64,000 nt of DNA from Alphaproteobacteria bacterium (GTDB lineage Bacteria; Pseudomonadota; Alphaproteobacteria; Rs-D84), in NCBI GenBank assembly GCA_017535105.1, contig JAFXUI010000004.1:35952-99951 (forward strand). The letters are read 5' to 3'. Shown in pieces: positions 29,096 to 39,744 of the stretch. The stretch's first letter is position 1. Each line of letters opens with the position of its first letter. The position numbers were made by a program, and so were the translations under genes. The notes beneath the pieces were generated by a model that saw nothing but the letters and a program-made list of their open reading frames with translations, was not told where the DNA came from and made no database searches.

Positions 29096-29818
29096 TTATT
29101 TTTTTACTGGGTGGGTGTTTTTGTATATTGTCCACAGATTTTCAAAACTGGCTTTATCGATGTTGGGGTCGGGTACGATTTGTAAAGAGTCCCAGTCAAT
29201 TACACTTATTACGTTATATTTGTTGTCTAATAATAAATTGCTGGCATTCAAGTCCAAGTGTGCCAGAACCGATTTTTTTGTTATACGTGGGTGCGCGGGC
29301 AACTTGTCTTGTAAGCCATATAAAAAACGCGTATTGTCGGGAATCGACTTAACCGGAATCGACTGCATATCGTCAATCATTTTTATAACCGCCGATTTGA
29401 TTTTCTTTTCGTGCTTTAATATTTGGACAACGTCCATATCGCGCAAATCGACACCGGGCAATTTATCCGCCACATACATCGGAATATGTTTTGCGACAAA
29501 AACGTTCGGTATATTCACAGACAAATGTGGTCGTACCAAATTCATTAGAAATTGGAAATTGTTTAGTCGTTCAATTGATACGTCACGAAAGACTTTTACA
29601 TAATAACGATTATTCACAACACATGTCATACGATTGACACTGACCTGGCGCACGAAACGAATTGTTTTTGCGCGCACGCCGTATGTTTTGCGAATAAACC
29701 GCGCGATTGGAATATAGAAAAAGAATACATTTATCGCACCACGAACACGGCGGCGACGTTTGCGTCCCGGAATAATGAACGATATAAATGTTCCGATAAA
29801 AAACGGTATTCTGTACAT
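29096..29818 (-). CDS. APH/choline-kinase-like phosphotransferase
   Basis: YYVKV, HLDLNASNLLLD, VIDWD. Confidence 0.8.
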   Translation of the reverse strand: MYRIPFFIGTFISFIIPGRKRRRRVRGAINVFFFYIPIARFIRKTYGVRAKTIRFVRQVSVNRMTCVVNNRYYVKVFRDVSIERLNNFQFLMNLVRPHLSVNIPNVFVAKHIPMYVADKLPGVDLRDMDVVQILKHEKKIKSAVIKMIDDMQSIPVKSIPDNTRFLYGLQDKLPAHPRITKKSVLAHLDLNASNLLLDNKYNVISVIDWDSLQIVPDPNIDKASFENLWTIYKNTHPVKK

Positions 29819-29946
29819 TTTTGACTTTCGTTTTCGGTATTATAGCACAGGTAAATAAAAAATATAAAGCAATATTGTTATTTGCTTTTTTGTTTGGTTT
29901 AGGCTAATCTTCATATACAGATTATAAAAAGACACAGGGGGAATTT

Positions 29947-30861
29947 ATGTATAAATATGGATTTTTTCGGCGTGTTGCATCAAGCGTTGCGGGGTGCTTT
30001 GGTCGTTCGCGTCCGCAAAGACGACTGAATCGCGATCTTATTCGTTATCACGGTTTGATTGCTACTGTGGGTCAAACAAAAATTCCACGTCAAAAATATC
30101 CGACAAAAATTCCAATGGCGTTTTGCTTTGATGCGCGTGGCGCAAAAATGGCGGCGGTGACGATGAAGTCGTTGCTGATGGCATCGGACGGTCGTTGCGA
30201 TTATGATATTTATTGCGTGATTGGCGAAGATGTTGATAAGTCCGTGTGTGATATGGTACGCGGTGTCGCGAAACCATATAAATCATCGGTGCATTTTGTT
30301 CATGGCAACCACGACTTTGATGAATCAAAACGGCGTAAGTGGCCAATTGCGATGTGGTATCGTTTGATGTTGCCAAAGTTGTTACCAAATGTTTCGCGTA
30401 TTATCTATGCCGATATGGATATGATATTCTTTAACGACTTGATTGATATTTATGAATATGATTTGGGTAAAAATGTAATTGCGGCGGTTCCAACGCGCCC
30501 GGACAATTATATCAATTCCGGATTTTTGTTGATGGACTTGGATAAAATCCGCAAGGAAAAAATTTATGAAAAATGGATTCGCGCATCGCAAGAAAACGAT
30601 TATTACAACCCCGACCAAGACGTGTTGAATTACACGTTACAGGGTCGAATTGCGTTTTTGCCGTTGCGCTATAACTTCCAGATTTCACATGGGTCGCGTA
30701 TATTCAAATTGTATTCCAAAACACAAATTGACGATTTAAAACATAATCTGGTTTGTTTACATTATTCCGACTATGTAAAACCATGGAGTAATGGCGTTCG
30801 TCCGGTGTTTTCGGAATATTGGTGGAATGTTGCACGGCAAACGGGGCTTTATAAAGACTAA
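29947..30861 (+). CDS. Glycosyltransferase family 8
   Basis: WYRLMLPKLLP, IIYADMD, YINSGFLLMDL, DQDVLN, LHY...KPW. Confidence 0.93.
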   Translation: MYKYGFFRRVASSVAGCFGRSRPQRRLNRDLIRYHGLIATVGQTKIPRQKYPTKIPMAFCFDARGAKMAAVTMKSLLMASDGRCDYDIYCVIGEDVDKSVCDMVRGVAKPYKSSVHFVHGNHDFDESKRRKWPIAMWYRLMLPKLLPNVSRIIYADMDMIFFNDLIDIYEYDLGKNVIAAVPTRPDNYINSGFLLMDLDKIRKEKIYEKWIRASQENDYYNPDQDVLNYTLQGRIAFLPLRYNFQISHGSRIFKLYSKTQIDDLKHNLVCLHYSDYVKPWSNGVRPVFSEYWWNVARQTGLYKD

Positions 30862-30901
30862 TGGTTGCGCGGGTGTAAAAAAAGTCATAGAATAAAACAT
30901 T

Positions 30902-31651
30902 ATGTTACATTTTATATCTAATATTATTTGCTTTGTTATTCCGAACAAAAAACTTCGGGATAAAGTGCGCGTGATGATTCGTTATCCGCGTGTGTTTGGT
31001 TATGTTCGCTTTGTGCGGAATTATGCTCGTAATATGAAGAAGCGCGATATACAAACACGGGTGGGGCGGGGCTGTAAAAACTTTGTCGTGTTGTTAAACG
31101 ATAAATATGTGTTTAAGTTCCCGTTGATGTCGGACGGTGTTGCGGTTGCGCAACGTGAAAAGCGCATAACTGATGCGTTGCGCCCGATTTCACCAATTAA
31201 AATTCCAGATATGAAAATAATGACACACAATGGAATTGCGGTTCGCCGTTATGAATTTGCACATGGAACATTGTTGTCCGATGTTGAGCCACGTGTGTTT
31301 GCCGTGCATCGTGATAAAATCGCAAAACAAATTGCAAAAATGATTTATACAATCGGTGAATCTGACCCGGAATCAATTCGCGATTTAAAACCAACGCCAA
31401 ATGCAAAGCCAGATTATCTGTATGGCTGGTTCCAGGGCGATATTTGGCAAAACTTTATGTTGGACGATGATTTTAATATAACATATTTTATTGATTGGGA
31501 AGATACCGCGTTTCAAAGTTTTCTGCCGGCGTTATATGTCGCAACGCGTACCTGGGAAAAGCGCGGATACGCGTATATGGGGGTCAGTGTTATGGCCGAA
31601 TATTCCAAACTGTATTTCAAAAATCACAAGCGGGCAAAAAGCAATGCGTAG
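30902..31651 (+). CDS. APH-like phosphotransferase
   Basis: GRGCKN, YVFKFP, QGDIWQNFMLD, FIDWED. Confidence 0.8.
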   Translation: MLHFISNIICFVIPNKKLRDKVRVMIRYPRVFGYVRFVRNYARNMKKRDIQTRVGRGCKNFVVLLNDKYVFKFPLMSDGVAVAQREKRITDALRPISPIKIPDMKIMTHNGIAVRRYEFAHGTLLSDVEPRVFAVHRDKIAKQIAKMIYTIGESDPESIRDLKPTPNAKPDYLYGWFQGDIWQNFMLDDDFNITYFIDWEDTAFQSFLPALYVATRTWEKRGYAYMGVSVMAEYSKLYFKNHKRAKSNA

Positions 31652-32348
31652 GGTTTTAGCAAATATCATTTCTGGTTTGATTCCGGGGCGCAGAAATCGT
31701 CATTATGTTCGTGCGCGCCTTAAAACACCGATTCATAAATACATTCGGTTCGTTAAAAAGTTTTCTGCGTTGCGTCACCCAAAAGTGCGAAAAGTATTCG
31801 GTTATCGCTGTGCGAATTTTGTTGTGATACTGGATAATAAATATGTTTTCAAGTTCCCGATTCGTAATGATGGTCGCGTGGTGTCGGAACGCGAAAAGCG
31901 CATAACCGATGCGTTGCGTCCAATATCGCCAATTAAAATTCCAAAAATGGAAATCTTTGATTGCGATGGTGTTGCTGTGCGCCGCTATGAATACATTGCG
32001 GGCGTGGGATATCATGCGCTGGACGAACAAACGCAAATGAAATATGCGGATAAAATAGCAAAACAAATCGCAAAGTTTTTGTATGTCACGGGTGGTGCGG
32101 ATCCGGTTGAAATTCGTGATTTGAAGACGGTGCGTTCTGAACGCGCACGGGTAATGCACGGTTGGAATATATGTGATTTGTGGGAAAACATAATATTGGA
32201 CCCAAAGACAATGGACGTTAGTGCGGTCATTGATTGGGAGGGTGCAAAGTTCTGTGACTTTCATACACTGTTCACGCAGGGGCGGCGTAATACGATTTGC
32301 CAAACACCGCTTTTGCGTGAGTATTTGAAATATTATATCAAGAAATAA
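31644..32348 (+). CDS. APH-like phosphotransferase (paralog of 30902..31651)
   Basis: YVFKFP, REKRITDALRPISPIKIP identical to the neighbour, CDLWENIILD, VIDWEG; ATG 31644 overlaps the previous gene. Confidence 0.8.
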   Translation: MRRVLANIISGLIPGRRNRHYVRARLKTPIHKYIRFVKKFSALRHPKVRKVFGYRCANFVVILDNKYVFKFPIRNDGRVVSEREKRITDALRPISPIKIPKMEIFDCDGVAVRRYEYIAGVGYHALDEQTQMKYADKIAKQIAKFLYVTGGADPVEIRDLKTVRSERARVMHGWNICDLWENIILDPKTMDVSAVIDWEGAKFCDFHTLFTQGRRNTICQTPLLREYLKYYIKK

Positions 32349-32397
32349 GTTTCCTTATTTATATAACAAAAAATAACCATTGTTATGAAGCGCTCCA

Positions 32398-32434
32398 GTG
32401 TTGTCATACTGGTCTTTCGCTGGTATGACAACAC
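32398..32434. repeat. Short REP-like hairpin
   Basis: GTGTTGTCATAC...GTATGACAACAC perfect 12-bp inverted repeat with the same GTCATAC/GTATGAC ends as the 55404/56013 elements. Confidence 0.6.
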
Positions 32435-32569
32435 CTTTATCGTGATGATAAAAAGGAAAGTTTTCATAATGCGCAAATAAATTCAAAAAATAAAAAATTT
32501 TTAGTTGATTTATAAAAATGATTTACTAGAATCTTAATTACTAAAAGGAAAAAGAAAAGGAGAGCTTTC

Positions 32570-35500
32570 ATGTCTATTACCACCAAAATACTGTCAAATT
32601 CTTTAATCGGCTTGGTTTCCGTATTGCCTGCATTGCTTGTTATGCCGGCGGTTGCTGGTGATCCGTATATGGCTGGTGACGCGTTTGTGTTCGGCGATAT
32701 CGTTGTGGACGGAACAAATGGCACATTGATTGATAATATGGCGATGGGTGGTCGTCGTATGACGGGTGATGGTGTACACAATGGATATAATAATGTGTTT
32801 CCTAATTACAGTATGTATGGCAGTTCAATTGAGGTTCAGACACCAACATCGGGAACAAATCTTTTGTATGTTGGACCAGTGTCTTTGACGCTTGGTGATT
32901 TGGGTGAAAAGGCTTTCAGATATAATTTCCAAAAGAACGATAACGATATTGATATGGCAGCCACTGGCGGTATTGTATGGAACGAAGAAATTGGTAATGG
33001 TACAGACGGACAGTTGTTGGCTAAGGTTGCCTCTGTGACGGAAGATTTGGTGGCCGCGGGTCAATCTGTTGGTGGTGTATATCTGTATTCGCGTAAGGGC
33101 GATGGCAGTAAATCTGGTACATTGTCATTGGCAAAAACAAATGCACAAATTGATGGTGCGACAGTAAACGCAAAATCAATTTCTGTTGCCGGAAATTCAA
33201 AGGTTGATATCGTAAAACAAGATACAAGTGTACTTAACACGGCGGAAAGATTTTATACGTCGGCTGGCGATATTGCAAATGCCTCTGGCATTACAACATT
33301 AAGCGCGACAGACACAATCAATATTGATGGTTCGCAAGTGAATGTTGGTGCGGGCACAACATTGGCATTGAATTCTGGTAATGATGCCGAAGACGGTACG
33401 ACATTCCAAAATCTTGCCAGTGATACAGGTGCGTTGTCTGTCATAGATGGTTCTGTGACAACAAGTGGTAAATCATTAGTGTTTGCGGATAATACATCGT
33501 CATCACATGGTGCGGGGCTTTATTATAAAACTACGGCAAGTGGTGTAGCTTCGTCAGTCGTGTTGAATTCTGATTCAGTAACGTTCAGCAATAATACATC
33601 AGATTATTCTGCCAGCAGTGGCGGTGCATTGTTTAATTCTGGTGGTGATGTTTCGATTCTGGGTGATACAAGTACGTTTACGGAAAACAAAACCTTGGGA
33701 ACAGGATCAAAGTTGTACAAGCGTGGTGGTGGTGCGATTGCCAACCAGTCTTATGAATCTGAAGCCGCTGCAAATAAGGTCGGTTTGAATGCCACAATGG
33801 TTATTGGCGATGCCAACAGCGTGAATTCATTTACCAGCAACACTTCGTCTATGAACGGTGGTGCGATTATGAATCGTGCAGTTGATACCGATGGCGATGC
33901 ATCATTGACAATCAATGGAACAACAGCCTTTACTGGAAATTCCGCAGCAGGAAAGGGTGGTGCAATTTATAATATGCGCGAGTTGTTGACGTTTGAACCA
34001 GGTGAACACGTTGCGGATGTCACAATCAATGGTGTGTCAAATTTCGCAAATAATACAGCTGGTCAAACTGGAGGTGCTATTTATAACTCTGGTAATATGA
34101 CAATAGCTAATTCAACATTTACTGGAAACAGAACGACATCTATAAACTTTGCGACTGATGCAGAAGACCCGACAAATGATCCAGCACAAGGTGGCGCTAT
34201 CTATAATTCTGGAAGTGATGTTGTTTGGGAATGGGACTCTGATGCTAAATTCTCATACAATGGTGTGTTGAATATTTCTAATACGAATTTTGGTCTTAAA
34301 GAAGACGTGGCATCTGGAAACCAATCTTTACAAGGTGGTGCGATTGCTAATGCCAGAGCTAACGGTTTAGATGGTGAGGTGACTTTAACCAATACAAACT
34401 TCTATAATAACAAGGCATATGCCGATACAGATGACTCTGATGGGTATACGTCATCTTTGGGTGGTGCTATATGGAATCAGGGTGTTATGACCATCAATGG
34501 TGATACAGAATTTAAGGGTAATACAGCCGAAGGTTATAATGTAGAAGGTGGTGCGATTTACAATAGTGGCACATTAACTATTAATGATATGGCTGTATTT
34601 GATTCCAACACTGCTACAGATATAAATTCTGGTAATGGCGCGTACGGTGGTGCCATATCAAATGCTTATAACAAGAGTATTACATTCAAAGATGAGGTAA
34701 CATTTACAAACAATAAAGCACTGAGTAGCGCTGATAAAGGAACACAGGGTGGTGCTATTTATAATGCTGACGATGCAACTGTGACATTTGAAAAAGCTGC
34801 ATTATTCAGTGGTAATGAAGCAACCTATGGTGGTGCATTGTTTAATGATGATGGCGCAACTATAAATTTAATAGATGCTTCGTTTACAAATAATACTGCA
34901 GGTGATGAAGGTGGTGCAATATTCCAGATATTTGGTACAACAAACATCAATGCAGTTGATAGTGATGTTTTGTTCAGTGGTAATACGGCAAATGGTGTCG
35001 CAAATGATATCACTAACTATGGTGGTACAATAAATCTTGATGCGGCTGCTGGGCGCACAATTTCGATGAACGGCGGTATAACGGGTCATTCGTCTTTGGC
35101 TGGCATGAGCGAGATTAATATTGTTGGCACAGGAACGGTTGAAACGTCGACAATCAAAAATCAGACTGTTGCGGTTGACGCTGGTGAATTGCACTTGGTC
35201 AATGGTGCGGCTGATGGTTCGAACTTGTTGGGTTCAACAATCACGGTTGCAGATGGTGCAACAATCAACACGATTGATAACCTGATTAACGATTATACTG
35301 GTGTGATTACTCTGAATGACGGTGCGCGTGTCAAAGGTGAATTGAACTTTATCGACGGAACCGCCGACAGATACAGTGGTGACAGTGGTACAATATATTA
35401 CCAAGTTGCAAAATTGCTTGGCAATATCGGTTCTGGAACGAAAACAATTCAGATTGCCGAAGCTGGTTCAACAATTGATGTTGCTGGGGCGTCTGCATTA

Positions 35501-38407
35501 TTCAACACAGATACAGGTATGACATTGGCAAGTTCGGGTAATGCCGATGGTAAATTGAGTGTCACAGGTATTGCTGGTGGTATTACAAGCGCAGTCGAGG
35601 CAACTGAAAATTATAACAATGTTCAGTATGATATGACGGCTAATGATGCTATTACTACTGCGCAAACCGTTCACCAAGATATGGTTATGAATGGTGCGGG
35701 TACTGAATCGACAGATCCAAAGTTGGCAATCAATCAGGACTTGACTGTTGGTGACGGTTCGACAGACAAACCAACAGCCGAAATCAATGAAATGAACATT
35801 GATATTGCTTCGGATAAAAAGTTGACTGTTGAACAGGGTGCAACGATGGCACTTAATGATTCCAATGTAATTGGTGATGGCGCTATCCTTAACAAGTTGG
35901 GTGCTACAACCAAGGTTAAAAACTCAACAATTGATGTTGATGTTAATACCGCTGGTACGTGGGAATCTGACCCAACGATTTATTCGGGAACGGTCAACAA
36001 CACTGGTATTGCTTCGTTCGATGAAGATACATTTACATCTACTGGTGTGTTGAATAATACGGGCAGCGCGTTCTTGATGCGTGGTGTTACGTTTGATAAC
36101 GGTGCAACAATCACTGGCAATGGCACAACAACATTGACGGCGGGGTTGACACACTTTGACGACACAACGGGCACGTCAAACGAAAACACTATTTCGTTGG
36201 CGCGTGGTGCAACATTTGATGGTAAATTGGCAAATGCTTTGACCGGTGTGTTGGATACACGTAATGGTGGTATCGACACTGGTTTGGGTACTGTCACCGG
36301 TGGCAAGGTTTATGTTGATGCTGATTATGTTGCGAACAAGATAGATTCGTTTGCCGGTGCGACAACCCTTGATAAAATCAACCTTATCAATTCTGAATAT
36401 GGCACGGCAGAAACGGCTAATTTAGATTTGGGTGGCGCTTCATTGGCATCGGGCGCCAAATTCTCGGGCGGGTATTATACAGCGATGACTGACAATGGTG
36501 ATGGCACAGTTACATTCAGCGATAAATTGCTGAATACATCTGGCTTTTACTCCAAGTTGGGTTCATGGGTCGATGGCAATAATATCAAGCAAAGTTCAAG
36601 TATGGACCATGCCGCAGACGGAACGACATATATGAGTGTCGGTCAGGCGCTGACAGCGTTGGATAATGCGATTGGTGACAGATTGTACGTAACAAATGGT
36701 GGTTATGCTGGCACATTGTTATCAGACAGCCAATCTGTTGCAGCATCGATATTGGCAATTGCTAACCAGACAGACGTGAACACAACCGATATTGCGGGTA
36801 AGCAAGCGCAATTGATGAACAATGCTGGAACACCGGCGGCAATCAGTTCGACAGTGTTAACGTCAATCAATATGACACCTGCATCTGCATCTGATACTGC
36901 GCTGGTCACAGAAAAGGCGATAAGCACAGCGTTGAGTACAAAGTTGGATACAGCAACGGCGTTGACAACGTATGCGGCTTTGGCAAATGATAATACGTTT
37001 GTTGGTTCACAATCGATTGTGAACAACAAGGATTCTGTGGGTGTTGGAACAACAGCATTCACTGTTTCTGCAATGGATACCGATGCGGCAAATGGTGGTA
37101 CAAATGCTTCTGCGGCGACATTCACTGTGAATTCACAAGGTGTATCGGTCTTTGGTGGTTTCACAACGGACACATTGGCAACCACGGGTGATGCAACAGT
37201 TGGTGGCAATTTGACAACAACTGGTAACGCAACAGTACATGGCAATGCGACAATCGATGGAACATTGACCGCCGGTCAAACAACGATTTCCAAAGTTGCG
37301 GCTGACGACAGTGCGACAACAGCAATGACTGTGACAGCCGGCAATACCGAAGCCACTCACACATTGATTGTTTCAACAGCAGGTGTCACGGTTGACGGCA
37401 ACGCGGTGTTGACCAGTGCAAGTGAATTGGGGACGGGCAACATTGCCGATGATGCGGTTACATTAGACAAGATTGCTGATGCAGCGATGACTTCATCTGC
37501 GGTTGCTGCAAACAGCACAGGCACCAAGTTGGTGAACGAATCATCTTTGGCGGCCACACGTCAAGCAATCGACAGCGATGCAAATGCTGTCTTGGGTGGT
37601 GTGTATAACATTGATGGAACAACCAAGGCGGTATCTTATGACGCGTCTGCGTTGAACAGCAATTTGTATAAAGCCAATGGCTCTGGTGATGCTTCGGCAA
37701 ACTTGACAAGTGCTATGAACAACATGGCGACAAATGTCCAAGCAATTACCGGTGGTTCTATGTCGAACACAGGTACAGTTGTGACAGACTATGCAAGCAA
37801 CAACTATGTGGCTGATAACACATCTTTGGTCACAGCGGTTGGTGCGTTGGATACAGCAGTCAAAGCAAATGCTAATACAATTGGTGACGTAGATTATTCA
37901 GACGAAGCAGCAGTCGCGGGTTCGTTCCTGTCGGTTGGTGGTACAGGTACAACAACCGTACGTGGTGCCTTAGATGTTTTGGATACTGCGGTCAGCACAC
38001 ACGAAACAACGTTGGGTAATATGAATGCGTTGACTGGCGCACATGTCACAAGTGGTGCTTCGGTTGCATCGAACCTTGACCAATTAAGTTTGGCAATTGA
38101 CGCGGCGACAACAACCGCAGTGAACCAAGCGGCGACATATACCGACCAACGTATCGAATCCATTGACAAGAACTTGTCAGCGGGTGTCGCAGGTGCAGTT
38201 GCGTTGTCTTCGGTCGCGGTGTCGGGTGTTGAACGTGGCGAAGTATCGGTTGGCGCAGGTTATGGTTACTTTAACGGTCAATCGGCGGCAGCATTTGGTG
38301 CGGCAATGGGATTGTCGAACCGCTGGTCCGTCAATGCGGGTGCCGGTATATCTAATTCAGATGTATCGTTCCGCGCCGGTACAAACTATAAGTTCAAATT
38401 GTTCTAA
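32570..38407 (+). CDS. Trimeric autotransporter adhesin with Pmp-like GGA(I/L)/FxxN passenger repeats
   Basis: Extended signal peptide; many GGAI and FxxN motifs; ALxALD stalk motifs; YadA-type anchor AGVAGAVAL...GYGYFNGQSAAAFG...YKFKLF. Confidence 0.9.
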   Translation: MSITTKILSNSLIGLVSVLPALLVMPAVAGDPYMAGDAFVFGDIVVDGTNGTLIDNMAMGGRRMTGDGVHNGYNNVFPNYSMYGSSIEVQTPTSGTNLLYVGPVSLTLGDLGEKAFRYNFQKNDNDIDMAATGGIVWNEEIGNGTDGQLLAKVASVTEDLVAAGQSVGGVYLYSRKGDGSKSGTLSLAKTNAQIDGATVNAKSISVAGNSKVDIVKQDTSVLNTAERFYTSAGDIANASGITTLSATDTINIDGSQVNVGAGTTLALNSGNDAEDGTTFQNLASDTGALSVIDGSVTTSGKSLVFADNTSSSHGAGLYYKTTASGVASSVVLNSDSVTFSNNTSDYSASSGGALFNSGGDVSILGDTSTFTENKTLGTGSKLYKRGGGAIANQSYESEAAANKVGLNATMVIGDANSVNSFTSNTSSMNGGAIMNRAVDTDGDASLTINGTTAFTGNSAAGKGGAIYNMRELLTFEPGEHVADVTINGVSNFANNTAGQTGGAIYNSGNMTIANSTFTGNRTTSINFATDAEDPTNDPAQGGAIYNSGSDVVWEWDSDAKFSYNGVLNISNTNFGLKEDVASGNQSLQGGAIANARANGLDGEVTLTNTNFYNNKAYADTDDSDGYTSSLGGAIWNQGVMTINGDTEFKGNTAEGYNVEGGAIYNSGTLTINDMAVFDSNTATDINSGNGAYGGAISNAYNKSITFKDEVTFTNNKALSSADKGTQGGAIYNADDATVTFEKAALFSGNEATYGGALFNDDGATINLIDASFTNNTAGDEGGAIFQIFGTTNINAVDSDVLFSGNTANGVANDITNYGGTINLDAAAGRTISMNGGITGHSSLAGMSEINIVGTGTVETSTIKNQTVAVDAGELHLVNGAADGSNLLGSTITVADGATINTIDNLINDYTGVITLNDGARVKGELNFIDGTADRYSGDSGTIYYQVAKLLGNIGSGTKTIQIAEAGSTIDVAGASALFNTDTGMTLASSGNADGKLSVTGIAGGITSAVEATENYNNVQYDMTANDAITTAQTVHQDMVMNGAGTESTDPKLAINQDLTVGDGSTDKPTAEINEMNIDIASDKKLTVEQGATMALNDSNVIGDGAILNKLGATTKVKNSTIDVDVNTAGTWESDPTIYSGTVNNTGIASFDEDTFTSTGVLNNTGSAFLMRGVTFDNGATITGNGTTTLTAGLTHFDDTTGTSNENTISLARGATFDGKLANALTGVLDTRNGGIDTGLGTVTGGKVYVDADYVANKIDSFAGATTLDKINLINSEYGTAETANLDLGGASLASGAKFSGGYYTAMTDNGDGTVTFSDKLLNTSGFYSKLGSWVDGNNIKQSSSMDHAADGTTYMSVGQALTALDNAIGDRLYVTNGGYAGTLLSDSQSVAASILAIANQTDVNTTDIAGKQAQLMNNAGTPAAISSTVLTSINMTPASASDTALVTEKAISTALSTKLDTATALTTYAALANDNTFVGSQSIVNNKDSVGVGTTAFTVSAMDTDAANGGTNASAATFTVNSQGVSVFGGFTTDTLATTGDATVGGNLTTTGNATVHGNATIDGTLTAGQTTISKVAADDSATTAMTVTAGNTEATHTLIVSTAGVTVDGNAVLTSASELGTGNIADDAVTLDKIADAAMTSSAVAANSTGTKLVNESSLAATRQAIDSDANAVLGGVYNIDGTTKAVSYDASALNSNLYKANGSGDASANLTSAMNNMATNVQAITGGSMSNTGTVVTDYASNNYVADNTSLVTAVGALDTAVKANANTIGDVDYSDEAAVAGSFLSVGGTGTTTVRGALDVLDTAVSTHETTLGNMNALTGAHVTSGASVASNLDQLSLAIDAATTTAVNQAATYTDQRIESIDKNLSAGVAGAVALSSVAVSGVERGEVSVGAGYGYFNGQSAAAFGAAMGLSNRWSVNAGAGISNSDVSFRAGTNYKFKLF

Positions 38408-38419
38408 GGAACTTAGAAA

Positions 38420-38451
38420 TAAAAACGCCGCCCAAGTGGGCGGTGTTTTTT
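38420..38451. terminator. Bidirectional intrinsic terminator
   Basis: AAAAACGCCGCCC-AAGT-GGGCGGTGTTTTTT. Confidence 0.85.
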
Positions 38452-38465
38452 ATATTCTTTTTTTA

Positions 38466-39566
38466 TTATGCGGCTTGTTTCATATCGCGTTTAATGTCGC
38501 GGACGTATTTACGTAATTCATCAATTGGAACCAATGTGCCATCGCGCTTTTGTGCCGACCAATAATCCCAACCATTAAAACTGACGCAATTTTGTATGCG
38601 GGCCGCCATAACGTGAATTGATGCCTTGCCATACAGGGTGTGTACCAATTGCCCATCATGTGAAATCATAACGCGATCGCCACGTGGCCCAACCAACGTT
38701 TGTCCGACATATAATAATCCCGCGTCAATAAGTTCACGGAACGCAACACGTGGTTCGGCACGTTTGGGCGCGGAAACCTCTATATCCGACAAATCAATTG
38801 GGGTGACATTCGCAACGCGTTCACGTGCCGCAGACACGTATGATTCTTCGCGGTCAATGGCGATAAAGTTGCGGCCCAATTCACGTGCCGCCGCCGCCGT
38901 TGTTCCCGAACCAACAAATGGGTCCAAAATAATATCGCCGGGCTTGGTCGATGCCAAAATTACACGGCGCAATAAATCCAGTGGCTTTTGTGTATTGTGT
39001 AAACTTTTACCATTGGCATCTTTGATACGTTCTTCGCCCAGACAGATATTGATACCCCAATCAGAACGCATTTGTTTGCCGCCGTTTAACTTCTTCATCG
39101 TTTCGTAATTAAACGTATATTTGCCAGTCTTACGCGGGGTCGCCCAAATAAGCGTTTCGTGGGCATTTGTGAATCGGGTGCCACGGAAGTTTGGCATCGG
39201 GTTTGTTTTTACCCAAACAATGTCGTTCAATATCCAAAAACCAAGATCTTGTAAGATTGCGCCAATGCGGAAAATATTATGATAACTGCCGATTGTCCAA
39301 AAAGAACCGTCGGGCTTTAATACGCGTTTACATTCTGCGACCCAACGGCGTGTAAATTCATCATATTCTTTGGAATCTGCGAAAGAATCCCATTCGTCAC
39401 GAACAGCACGTGCCGCGGTTTGATCTTCGGGTCGATAAAGCGTTTTTGCGCCCAATTGTAAATTATATGGCGAGTCCGCAAATACCGCGTCAACCGATGC
39501 GTCCGGTATGCCACGCATAACGTCAATACAGTCACCCGATAAAATCTTATTCAGGTATTTATCCAT
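38466..39566 (-). CDS. ccrM: Cell-cycle-regulated adenine methyltransferase (GANTC)
   Basis: ADSPYNLQL, GSYHNIFRIG, NPMPNFRGTRFTNAHETLIW, QMRSDW, HNTQKP, DPFVGSGTT, C-terminal SIH...NGWDYW domain. Confidence 0.93.
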   Translation of the reverse strand: MDKYLNKILSGDCIDVMRGIPDASVDAVFADSPYNLQLGAKTLYRPEDQTAARAVRDEWDSFADSKEYDEFTRRWVAECKRVLKPDGSFWTIGSYHNIFRIGAILQDLGFWILNDIVWVKTNPMPNFRGTRFTNAHETLIWATPRKTGKYTFNYETMKKLNGGKQMRSDWGINICLGEERIKDANGKSLHNTQKPLDLLRRVILASTKPGDIILDPFVGSGTTAAAARELGRNFIAIDREESYVSAARERVANVTPIDLSDIEVSAPKRAEPRVAFRELIDAGLLYVGQTLVGPRGDRVMISHDGQLVHTLYGKASIHVMAARIQNCVSFNGWDYWSAQKRDGTLVPIDELRKYVRDIKRDMKQAA

Positions 39567-39744
39567 TCTCTCGCGTCTTTTAACACATATATTTTATCAT
39601 ATTTCGTGGTAATTAAAAAGCGGAGTGCAAGGGGAGAAATGAAAATAAAACTCTTGATTTTTATAAAAAATGCATTTTTTCGGGGGGCTTTTTTTATAAA
39701 TTATGCTTGCGCGCAGTGCTTTTGATTGCTACTGTTATATAATC

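Noticed and set aside
29096-32348. Aminoglycoside resistance genes
   Set aside because: Only fold-level APH motifs; the GT8 context and altered catalytic loops favour another substrate.
28885-38407. Intact prophage or integrative island at tRNA-Gln
   Set aside because: No integrase or phage genes; the att-like repeat lies only about 170 bp from the tRNA.
38466-39566. Restriction-modification system
   Set aside because: Solitary methyltransferase with CcrM-specific motifs and no adjacent endonuclease.
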